NCBI GenBank assembly: GCA_041640455.1
Contig: JBEQAF010000002.1
Coordinates: 17,566-47,339 of the forward strand
From: a bacterium
Lineage (GTDB): Bacteria; CALINM01
DNA length: 29,774 bases
Reading direction: 5' to 3'
The notes beneath the pieces are model-generated. The model did no database searches, was not told the origin of the DNA, and saw only the letters and a list, made by a program, of their open reading frames with translations. The position numbers were made by a program, and so were the translations under genes. Positions 21,771 to 29,774 of this stretch are shown here, piece after piece. Numbering within the stretch: position 1 is the stretch's first letter; each line of letters starts with the position of its first letter.

Positions 21771-23291
21771 ATGCAGATATCAAAGATAGAGCTTAAAACT
21801 TTATATGAGATAAGCAATATATTAAGCAGTTCTCTTGAGTTATCTTCTACCCTAAGGGGGGTTTTAAGGGTAATATCCGAGTACCTAAATATTAATAAAG
21901 CCAGTGTTTCGCTGAAGATTGAGGATAAGATTATAATGGTAGCCGCTTATGGCATATCAAAGGAAGAGATGAAACGAGGCGTATTCAAAATCGGAGAAGG
22001 GGTTATTGGAAAGGTGGTAAAAAACGGCATACCAATAATTATACCTGACATCTCCAATGAGCCCATATTTCTAAATAAAACAGGCTCAAGAATATTAAAC
22101 AACAAAGTAGCAGTTTCCTTTATCAGCGTTCCTATCAGATTCAAAAGCGAAACGCTTGGAGCTTTAAGCGTTGATATTGAGGCTAAGGAAAAAATTACAT
22201 CCTTCGAGGACGATCTTCAGCTTCTAAAAATAGTAGCTGCCCTTATAGCCCAGACAGTTAAGCAAAAAATTGAGTTTGAAAAGGAGAAGCATGCTCTGGA
22301 ACAAGAGCGGGACTATCTGAAACTTCAGCTCAAAAACACCTATACCATAAAAAATATGATAGCCATCTCCAACAGCATGCAGGAAGTTTTTGAGGCAATA
22401 CACAGGGTAGCTCCCACAAAGGCAAGTGTGATTCTGCTGGGAGAAAGTGGCACAGGCAAAGAGCTGGCTGCTAAGGCTATACACTTTATGAGTAATCGGG
22501 CAGAAAAGCCCTTTATAAAATTTAACTGTGCATCAATACCTGAAGGGCTTTTGGAGTCAGAGCTTTTTGGTCATGAAAAGGGTGCTTTTACAGGAGCTAC
22601 CTACACAAGAAAGGGCAGATTTGAGCTTGCAGACGGCGGAACAATATTTCTTGATGAAATTGGAGATCTCCCTCTATCACTGCAGCCTAAAATATTAAGA
22701 ATACTGCAGGAACGGGAATTTGAACGAGTAGGAGGTGAAAAAACCATAAAAGTAGATGTTCGAATAATTGCTGCCACAAGCAGAGATCTAAAAAAGTTAG
22801 TTGATATGGGCAGGTTTAGAGAAGACCTTTATTATCGTCTTAATGTGGTGCCCATTGTCCTACCACCACTGAGGGAACGCAAGGAAGACATCCCCTTATT
22901 AATAGATCACTTTTTAACCAGGTTTAACGAAGAAAATCAAAAAAACATCTCTATCAGCAAAGATGCTATTAGCATCCTTATGCAGTATGACTGGCAAGGA
23001 AATGTGAGAGAGCTTGAAAACACCATAGAAAGACTGGTTATTATGTCAAAAAAAACATTGATATACATTGATGATCTACCTGGCTACATCAGGATGCAGA
23101 CACCTGCAATTACAAACAAGGAGTTTAGCAAATCTTCTCTTTCTGAGACCATCATAAGTCTGGAGAGGGAAAATATTATTAAGGCACTAAAAACTACTGG
23201 TGGGAATGTAAGCAAAGCTGCAAAGATCATAGGTCTTACACCAAGACAGGTAAGATACAAGATGTTAAAATATAATATCAACAGCTTTTAA
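21771..23291 (+). CDS. nifA: nif-specific sigma54 activator NifA (GAF-AAA+-HTH)
   Basis: [11 protein letters not shown] start, [50 protein letters not shown]. Start ATG 21771 or 21765; the track's 21681 start lies inside fdxB. Confidence 0.9.
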   Translation: MQISKIELKTLYEISNILSSSLELSSTLRGVLRVISEYLNINKASVSLKIEDKIIMVAAYGISKEEMKRGVFKIGEGVIGKVVKNGIPIIIPDISNEPIFLNKTGSRILNNKVAVSFISVPIRFKSETLGALSVDIEAKEKITSFEDDLQLLKIVAALIAQTVKQKIEFEKEKHALEQERDYLKLQLKNTYTIKNMIAISNSMQEVFEAIHRVAPTKASVILLGESGTGKELAAKAIHFMSNRAEKPFIKFNCASIPEGLLESELFGHEKGAFTGATYTRKGRFELADGGTIFLDEIGDLPLSLQPKILRILQEREFERVGGEKTIKVDVRIIAATSRDLKKLVDMGRFREDLYYRLNVVPIVLPPLRERKEDIPLLIDHFLTRFNEENQKNISISKDAISILMQYDWQGNVRELENTIERLVIMSKKTLIYIDDLPGYIRMQTPAITNKEFSKSSLSETIISLERENIIKALKTTGGNVSKAAKIIGLTPRQVRYKMLKYNINSF

Positions 23292-23298
23292 AATTGGA

Positions 23299-24357
23299 TT
23301 AACTACCGAGCGACAAAGACCTCTGAGGCTCAATAGATGGCTTACCAAACAAAAAGCCCTGAGCCAGATCTATTCCACATTCCTTGATTATATTTAGCTC
23401 CAGCTCAGTTTCTACCCCCTCAGCCAATGTTGTGGCACCAATCTTTTTTGAAATATAAGCGAGAGAGCAGACAATTGCCTTCTTTGCTTCATCCTTATCA
23501 ATATCTCTTATGAGATCCATATCTATCTTTATAAAATGCGGCTTTAACTCAGCAAGCATTTTAAGAGAAGAATATCCAGATCCAACATCATCGAGAGCCA
23601 CTCTAAACCCCATTGTCAGATAATAATAAAAAATATCTCTCAGATGAGACACACTCTCCACCCTTTCACTCTCTATAACCTCAAAAACGATTCTGGAAAA
23701 ATCATAGTCCATATCCCTGGCAAGGCTTACCGTATCCTGGAGACAGTACTCAGGATTATAAATAGCAGTAGGAGTAAAATTTATAAAAATAGTCTTATCA
23801 ACATTCCTGTTTTTAGCTGTTCTTATTGCCTCCATGCGACACTGCCTGTCAAGGTTAAATAGGGTATCCGATTTCTTTGCCTGCTCAAACATAATTTTAG
23901 GCATCAAAAGAGAACCATCTTTTTTTACACCTCTTGCGAGACATTCGTAGGCAACAATATCTAAACTTTCGATATCCACGATGGGCTGAAGGTAAATAGC
24001 TATACTACCATTGTCCAGAATCCATTTAAGATCGGAAGCATTATTAAGAACAAGCCAAAAATTTAGAGTCTTAGCTTTCTTAAACAGGCTAAATGTCAGC
24101 GGTTCCTGCTTCTCCACGGGCATAACCATTATATTTTCGAGTTCTGTCTCATTAAAAACATTATTGGTATCTATAGAGCCGATTAAATCCTTAAAAGGGG
24201 CTTCAAAAATCAGATAATCGGCAAATCGTTTAATATGATAATACTTCCCGAAGAAGGACTGAAACTTATCAAGCATATAATCATGGGCAGCGAAAACGAC
24301 AACCTTGCCGCTAATATCTGGGAAAGAAGGAGTGGTAGTACATCTCTCACAAGCCAT
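23299..24357 (-). CDS. EAL-domain c-di-GMP phosphodiesterase with N-terminal CxxC region
   Basis: QPIV, ECLAR (EAL variant), FINF, VFEVIESE, LDDVGSGYSSL, IKID, AEGVET, QGF. Start set to ATG 24357 (MACERC). Confidence 0.9.
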   Translation of the reverse strand: MACERCTTTPSFPDISGKVVVFAAHDYMLDKFQSFFGKYYHIKRFADYLIFEAPFKDLIGSIDTNNVFNETELENIMVMPVEKQEPLTFSLFKKAKTLNFWLVLNNASDLKWILDNGSIAIYLQPIVDIESLDIVAYECLARGVKKDGSLLMPKIMFEQAKKSDTLFNLDRQCRMEAIRTAKNRNVDKTIFINFTPTAIYNPEYCLQDTVSLARDMDYDFSRIVFEVIESERVESVSHLRDIFYYYLTMGFRVALDDVGSGYSSLKMLAELKPHFIKIDMDLIRDIDKDEAKKAIVCSLAYISKKIGATTLAEGVETELELNIIKECGIDLAQGFLFGKPSIEPQRSLSLGS

Positions 24358-24395
24358 ATGATAATAATTATACAAAAGGGAGGAGAAATTTAAAA

Positions 24396-24557
24396 GTGTA
24401 TGGGTTACCAGATAGGTATAGACATATTAACCAGTTTGATTTTATTGAAATAAAAGGATTTGAAGGGGAGGATGCAAAGGAAACTATAAGCAGGAAAGAG
24501 GCTTTCCACAGAATACTTGATATAATGAAGAGACTGGCTATAAATATTTCAGATTAA
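24396..24557 (+). CDS. Possible small ORF (53 aa) or gene fragment
   Basis: GGAGGAG then GTG start; MYGLPDRYRHINQFDFIEIKGFEGEDAKETISRKEAFHRILDIMKRLAINISD. Below the ORF-track cutoff; no family recognised. Confidence 0.3.
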   Translation: MYGLPDRYRHINQFDFIEIKGFEGEDAKETISRKEAFHRILDIMKRLAINISD

Positions 24558-24758
24558 ATAGGTAAAAAAGCTGGTGAGTGGGTTTTTAAGAAAATGGTGG
24601 CAATTTTTCAAACACAGCCTGTATTATAGTATTATCTGGAAATATTGCAAAAAAGAATGGTACTTATGCTGAAATGTTTAAAATATTACTTAAACCTTTT
24701 CAGACTGGCAATTATGTATATACCAAGTGTCTATTCAGGTTGACTTATTGTTTTCACC

Positions 24759-27629
24759 CTATTTATCAGGCAAAAGCTTTTTAATTAAATCAACTATTTT
24801 GTCATTGTTGAATTGTGTCTCGAAATGAATTGTTACATTATCGCCAAAAAATTTTTCAGCGTGTTTAATTTTTAATTTTTCTTCTTCACGGAGTCCTTCT
24901 TGGCTGATTACATTTTTGGTTTCAACGATGAAATGTAATTTTTGAGTTCCGTCATTGAATTTTAAAACATAGGCAAAGTCAGGGGAGTAGGATTTAGCTC
25001 CAGCCACTGGAATTTTAATTGAGTTCTTGGGAATTTTGGTAAACACTATAACTTCTTTTATTTCAGTCCGAATGTTGGCTCTTTCCAGCTCTGAATCATA
25101 ATATAATTCTTCAAAAAAGTAAGTATCCGCAACTTTTTCGTCTGAAAACAAAATGCCCACATCGGAAGCAGAAATTTCTTTCAGAACATTTCCTTTTTCG
25201 TCTGTTAGTTTTGTTGGATGGATAACATTTGATACTTTTTTGTAATTTATCGAATATTTATCAAAAGCTTGTGTCATTAAGAAAAAGTCAAAGTTTTGTT
25301 TAATAATTCTCAGTGTCCTTTGATTGATATATTTATTGATGTCTATTCCTGCGTCAATAATGGACTGATGTAATGTTGCGATATTTATGTTAGTGATTTT
25401 TGAAAGCTCTTTTAAAAAGTCGCTGTATTTCATGGTTGAAATACTTTCAACACTCCGGTTGTAAATCGATTCGGGCTCTTTGACAAAGGCTTTGTCTTTT
25501 TCTATTTCAACTTTTGCAATTCTTTCGTTTATGCCTTCGGGGATAAAGTTTTTTTCCTGTGCTTTCAAAAACTCGGTGAATAAGTTTTTAAAACTTGCTT
25601 CATTATCAAACTTGTATTCTAAAATGACCTTTTGATTGAGTTTTTCCCAGAGCTCTTTTAGCTCCTGGTATTTATCGGTTCTAATTACAACTGTTTTTTT
25701 AGGGTCACTGGCTTTACGAACTTTATTAGAGTTAACTCCTTCAAATATAAGCGGATAGGTTCGCTTAATATAATCAAATCCCCCCGCTTTAAATGAATTG
25801 GTTCTGGTAATGACATTGTTTTCATCCAGTACCTGTAAAAGTTCATCCTCTGTGGTTTTATATACCTCACAAATCTTTTTAATCATGTGTTCAGACAATT
25901 TTTCTGGAACCTGTTCAATAGAAAGTGCTCCTGATTTTTCATTGATTTCATTGACCAATTTATCGACAAAGTCGCTTTCGGTAAAGTCTACAAAATAGTT
26001 GAGATAAAATTGCTCATCTTTTACACGATTGCCATATTCATTTACTGGCAAACGAAGACCTCTCCCCACTTCCTGTAACTTTGAGATTTCGCTACCACTA
26101 CTTCTAAGTTTACAGATTTGAAAAACATTGGGATTGTCCCATCCCTCACGAAGAGTCCATTTTGAAAAGATAAATCGTCGTGGGTTATCTAAGTCAAGCA
26201 TCGCCTGTTTATCGTGCAATATTTCGTTTATCTCTTTTTCAATTACTTCGTCCTTTTCTGAATTATCTTTTGAGAAATATCCTGCATGTGTTGCCGAAAC
26301 GTCTTGCAATGTTTTTTCAAGATAAGATCTATAAAAAGAGTCAGTTTCTGTTTTTAATAGGTCCTCTACTTCAAATTTTACAAACTGTTCAACTGTTTTG
26401 CGAAGATAACCATCTTTGTTTCGATATTCATCTATGTTATCGATAAAGAAAAGGGTTAAAGGTTTTATTTTTACCTCTCTCTTTAAAAGCTGTTTTTCTA
26501 GTTCAAAATGACTCTTAATTGCTTTTTGAATCATTATTTCTTGTAACTTTTCTGCATAAGAGTAGGGATTAATTTTATCGCCTTTCTTGAGTTCTAAACC
26601 ATTGGACAAAACAACTGTGCTTTTATTCAAATTTTCAATAAACAAATCGGTCATTTCTGGATGGACTTTTTTAAGACACTCCTTTTTTGTCACAGCTACC
26701 GTTCTTCGTTTATTGTTTTCTATGAGTTCAAAAGTGGCTTCCTTTCCGTCTGAATCTATAAATTTAACCATGGCATTTTTTCCGCTTTCAAACTCGGTAA
26801 TATGTCCAATAACGCCCTTGACAAGATTTCTATTAAAGGCATCAACAGCGGTAAGGGTATATATGAGATTCTCGTATTCCTGAAAGGTTGCCCCATATCG
26901 CAATATAAATTGAGGTTTCATTTTTTGAATATTGTCCCAGGTTTTATTATCTGTTCCAAATCTGTGTGGTTCATCAATAATCACAAAGGGTTTTACTGCT
27001 GCTATGGCTTCAAAAGGAATTGCGTATTTGTCAAATAAGCTTTTGTCAAAGCTCTTTTGCATGGTGTCGGAGTTTATCATACCGGCGTTGATTATCATTA
27101 CCTGAATACTATTTTTTTCAAAGTTACCGGCATTGACAAAACTGTTTACTGCTGGAGGGGGGTATGATTTTTTACTTTTGTTATTTTTCTGACTTTCCAC
27201 TATATGCAAATGAATAGTCTTGCCGTATTGCTCCTTGAAGTGCTTCCGGCAGCTCTCTGATTTTAGAAAGTCAATGGTTCCGGCTTTGATGGAGAGTGTG
27301 GGTACAACTATAACAAACTTGAAAATCCCATAATGCTTATTAAGTTCAAATATGGTTTTGGTGTAAGTGTATGTTTTACCGGTACCTGTTTCCATCATGA
27401 TATCAATAATATTGCTCTTCTTAGTATTTCCCTTAATAGCGTTGTTATATTGAATGTTTTCAATATTTTTTTTGTATTGAATATCATTTTCCCAGATTAT
27501 TGAAGGATTGATATAATTTTTATCTACATCAGATGGCTGATTGACTTGTAAATTTTCAAACACTGATATAGTACTTTCTACAGCTTGTTTTTGATGAGCT
27601 AAATCTTTTTCAAAATGAAAACCCTTCAC
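24759..27629 (-). CDS. res: Type III restriction-modification endonuclease (Res subunit)
   Basis: METGTGKT, IIDEPH, LRYGATF, FSKWTLREGWDNPNVFQICKLR, QEVGRGLRL, C-terminal SPDF...VETK PD-(D/E)xK nuclease. GTG start after AAGGAG. Confidence 0.95.
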   Translation of the reverse strand: MKGFHFEKDLAHQKQAVESTISVFENLQVNQPSDVDKNYINPSIIWENDIQYKKNIENIQYNNAIKGNTKKSNIIDIMMETGTGKTYTYTKTIFELNKHYGIFKFVIVVPTLSIKAGTIDFLKSESCRKHFKEQYGKTIHLHIVESQKNNKSKKSYPPPAVNSFVNAGNFEKNSIQVMIINAGMINSDTMQKSFDKSLFDKYAIPFEAIAAVKPFVIIDEPHRFGTDNKTWDNIQKMKPQFILRYGATFQEYENLIYTLTAVDAFNRNLVKGVIGHITEFESGKNAMVKFIDSDGKEATFELIENNKRRTVAVTKKECLKKVHPEMTDLFIENLNKSTVVLSNGLELKKGDKINPYSYAEKLQEIMIQKAIKSHFELEKQLLKREVKIKPLTLFFIDNIDEYRNKDGYLRKTVEQFVKFEVEDLLKTETDSFYRSYLEKTLQDVSATHAGYFSKDNSEKDEVIEKEINEILHDKQAMLDLDNPRRFIFSKWTLREGWDNPNVFQICKLRSSGSEISKLQEVGRGLRLPVNEYGNRVKDEQFYLNYFVDFTESDFVDKLVNEINEKSGALSIEQVPEKLSEHMIKKICEVYKTTEDELLQVLDENNVITRTNSFKAGGFDYIKRTYPLIFEGVNSNKVRKASDPKKTVVIRTDKYQELKELWEKLNQKVILEYKFDNEASFKNLFTEFLKAQEKNFIPEGINERIAKVEIEKDKAFVKEPESIYNRSVESISTMKYSDFLKELSKITNINIATLHQSIIDAGIDINKYINQRTLRIIKQNFDFFLMTQAFDKYSINYKKVSNVIHPTKLTDEKGNVLKEISASDVGILFSDEKVADTYFFEELYYDSELERANIRTEIKEVIVFTKIPKNSIKIPVAGAKSYSPDFAYVLKFNDGTQKLHFIVETKNVISQEGLREEEKLKIKHAEKFFGDNVTIHFETQFNNDKIVDLIKKLLPDK

Positions 27630-27633
27630 TATA

Positions 27634-28047
27634 TTAGCTTTGCTCCTTTAGCTGTTTTTGTAATTTCTTGCCTTTTTCTGTAAGGCGGTATTTTTGGTTT
27701 TTACTGGTTGGCTTATCAGGAATGGTAGGTTCTACTAGTCCAAATTCAATTGACTTTTCAAGATATTCTTTTCTAAAGTGCTCTCTGTCAGATAAATGAA
27801 GTATGTTTTGTAATTCATTTCTAGATAATTCTCCATTTAATATTTTTACTAATGCAAGAACTTGCTGGGTAACTTGCTGGGTATCTTGCTGGGTATCTTG
27901 CGGGGTAACTTGGTCGGTATCTTGCTCTGTAATTTCCTCATTTTTAAGGTATTCACGTACTTCTTCGTCAGCATAAAAAATGGTCTTGGTGAAATTCTCT
28001 GTAAATTTAAAAGAATCTCTGCTGTAAAATTGGAGTATTCGGGGTGT
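27634..28047 (-). pseudogene. 5'-truncated remnant of a probable AlbA_2/HATPase_c_4-type protein with Fic-like C-terminal winged helix
   Basis: Manual translation: frame open 28116-27634 with no ATG/GTG/TTG. PRILQFYSRDSFKFTENF...TQQVTQQVLALVKILNGELSRNELQNILHLSDREHFRKEYLEKSIEFGLVEPTIPDKPTSKNQKYRLTEKG. Family assigned by motif recall. Confidence 0.75.
27859..27930. repeat. 12-bp tandem repeat x6, consensus A(A/T)CTTGCTGGGT
   Basis: AACTTGCTGGGT, AACTTGCTGGGT, ATCTTGCTGGGT, ATCTTGCGGGGT, AACTTGGTCGGT, ATCTTGCTCTGT; encodes T-x-Q-(V/D) repeats on the minus strand. Confidence 0.92.
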
Positions 28048-28404
28048 ATGACTTGAAAATACTTTTACATCTTTTAACTTCCCTTTTTCAATATGATGTG
28101 GTGCCTGGATCTTTGTTTAAACTCTTCTTTTCAAGCTGTTTTTTCTCATACTCTATAATATTGCTGCCAGCTTTATCGTATTCAATTGCCAATTTATACC
28201 CTCCTTAAGTTTATTATCTTTAAGGGGTATCGGACCAACTTTAATGAGTTTGATAGAGTTATATATAACAGTATCCAGATACCCGTTGGCACAGTAATAT
28301 ATTAATATTTTTTTGAGGTTTGTGTAAACTGTGATGATTGTTGGGATTATTAACTTTTAGCTTCTTTGCTATTTAAATAGCAGCTTAGTGGGAGGATGTA
28401 AGAA

Positions 28405-29142
28405 TTATAAGACGGGTGAGCTGTATTCCAGCATTAGCTTTATTATTGCTTCGGTTTTTTGTCTACCACCTCTCTCAAAACCCAGTTTATAACGATTGTC
28501 AGTTTTTTCCGCATTATTTAGAGCTCTTGAGAGACAGCTTAGCCAGTCATCCTCATCTTTCCATATTTCATGAACACCACCCATCTCCCAGTAATTTTTG
28601 GCGCCGGGAGCAAAAACAGGTGATTTTTCTGAAAGCTCTTTTAAAGTGTTATAATCAATTTTTGTAATTTTTGACATAGCCTGAAGATTCATTACATATA
28701 TCTCTGAATTAGGTAAGGCGCATACATGGTCTGCCATCATAGCAAAGGCAAGAAAACAACCGCTCACAGCCTTACCATGTATTATGGAAACTGTTTTATG
28801 CCCTGAAAAAGACGCAAAATCTATACATTTTGCCATGTGAGCAAAGTAACCATTTATACCAGTAAATTCTTCATGTCTGGATAGTTTATGCCCTTCCGTA
28901 TCCACAAGAAATATGATAGGGAACGGTGCTAATTTTTTGTTTTTGCTTTTTTTAATATTTCTAAGAACGCTATCTGCAATTTTTAACGCAAGCTCGGAAT
29001 CTATAGCCACACCTCTGCAGGTGCCTATTACAGCCACATTTTTGCCACCTACAACTGCATTTCCATGAATAAAGAAGCCATCAATTGTTATGTTGTAGTT
29101 GCCAATGCCAAAAAGTCTGTTAAAAAGTATTTCGTTGTTCAT
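28405..29142 (-). CDS. mdcE: Biotin-independent malonate decarboxylase gamma subunit
   Basis: LVDTEGHKLSRHEEFTGIN, GKAVSGCFLA, VMNLQAMSKITK, FAPG...GGV; overlaps the mdcD stop. Confidence 0.9.
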   Translation of the reverse strand: MNNEILFNRLFGIGNYNITIDGFFIHGNAVVGGKNVAVIGTCRGVAIDSELALKIADSVLRNIKKSKNKKLAPFPIIFLVDTEGHKLSRHEEFTGINGYFAHMAKCIDFASFSGHKTVSIIHGKAVSGCFLAFAMMADHVCALPNSEIYVMNLQAMSKITKIDYNTLKELSEKSPVFAPGAKNYWEMGGVHEIWKDEDDWLSCLSRALNNAEKTDNRYKLGFERGGRQKTEAIIKLMLEYSSPVL

Positions 29143-29774
29143 TTTTGCTTTTTTAGTTTATTCAGTCTAACTTTTAATTTTTTTTGTTCCTCTATCAGGC
29201 TCTCCAATTCGTTCATACTATTATTTTGCTTATATCTTTTGATATATTCAATCACAGCATTTCTAAATTCGCTTACACTATCATCTACAAGGCAATCTGC
29301 CTCCCCTATTTCAAATCTTATCTTACCTCCTGTTATTTTCCACACAAGCTCGGTGTTGTGGGAGTCAAATTCATTTGTTCCAACTACTGTTTCTATTACC
29401 TCGGGTCCAGTTAATCCCATTCTTCCTTTTTCTGACATAATAATATAATTACAGAGCCTTGCTACTATTCCCATGCCACCAAAAGCACCGCAACTCCCAC
29501 CAATAAGTGCCACAACAGGAATATCCTGCCGTTGCAGTTTAAGAAGAGCTTTTGCAATCTCAGATACGGCTATTAGTCCAGCATTTGCTTCTTGAAGTCT
29601 CACTCCGCCTGAATCGATCATGAATAGAAATGCATCAGGTTTTTCCTTAAGACTTCTTTCAAGTAATCCTTTTATTTTTGCTCCATGTATCTCTCCCACA
29701 GATCCGCCATAAAACTTGCTGTCCTGAGCTGCAATCATAATTCTGTATCCGCCCACTGTTCCAAGACCTTTTAC
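29139..29774 (-). CDS. mdcD: Biotin-independent malonate decarboxylase beta subunit (5'-partial)
   Basis: GGSVGEIHGAK, DSGGVRLQEANAG, FGGMG, GLTGPEVIE...EFDS...LVWKITGG; frame open to the window edge. Confidence 0.92.
   Translation of the reverse strand, partial: VKGLGTVGGYRIMIAAQDSKFYGGSVGEIHGAKIKGLLERSLKEKPDAFLFMIDSGGVRLQEANAGLIAVSEIAKALLKLQRQDIPVVALIGGSCGAFGGMGIVARLCNYIIMSEKGRMGLTGPEVIETVVGTNEFDSHNTELVWKITGGKIRFEIGEADCLVDDSVSEFRNAVIEYIKRYKQNNSMNELESLIEEQKKLKVRLNKLKKQK

Noticed and set aside
27859..27930. Possible CRISPR array or mod-type phase-variation tract
   Set aside because: Units are contiguous with no spacers, and 12 bp is a multiple of 3 so copy changes keep the frame; no cas genes in the window.
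27862..28056. 64-aa plus-strand ORF with LLGN/LLGI repeats
   Set aside because: It is the antisense reading of the 12-bp repeat; the minus-strand frame is the protein-like one.
28115..28121. T TTA AAC slippery heptamer (minus strand) in the 34-aa ORF
   Set aside because: A -1 shift leads to a stop within about 14 codons; the long downstream frame is +1, so -1 frameshifting would not join them.
28286..28301. TTGGCACAGT identical to the -24 half of the nif sigma54 promoter
   Set aside because: No GC at the -12 position and no plus-strand gene downstream.

Overview
AT-rich bacterial window, probably from an anaerobe or microaerophile; the lineage cannot be fixed from sequence alone. Left part (1-10.7 kb): housekeeping and stress genes, namely the 3' end of cysS, yacG, a Kef-type K+/H+ antiporter, a tiny triheme cytochrome c plus a cupin behind an FNR/Crp-type box, a DUF4911-like/tldD/trxC operon, fhs, a B12-binding-type radical SAM protein, and katG. 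Centre (10.8-23.3 kb): a compact sigma54-driven Mo-nitrogenase cluster, nifH-D-K-B-modB-C-A-nifEN(fused)-nifX-nifI1-nifI2-fdxB-nifA. It is a mosaic: Group I-type NifDK and NifA/sigma54 control sit beside NifI1/I2 PII proteins and a NifB with only the SAM domain, and a non-canonical 14-bp direct repeat lies where the NifA enhancer should be. Right part: an EAL phosphodiesterase, an intact type III restriction Res gene with no adjacent mod gene, a start-less gene remnant carrying a 12-bp tandem repeat (missed by the ORF track), and malonate decarboxylase mdcD/mdcE. Four genes, including nifA, show a -10 hexamer exactly 6 nt before an ATG with no Shine-Dalgarno at normal spacing, suggesting leaderless mRNAs.
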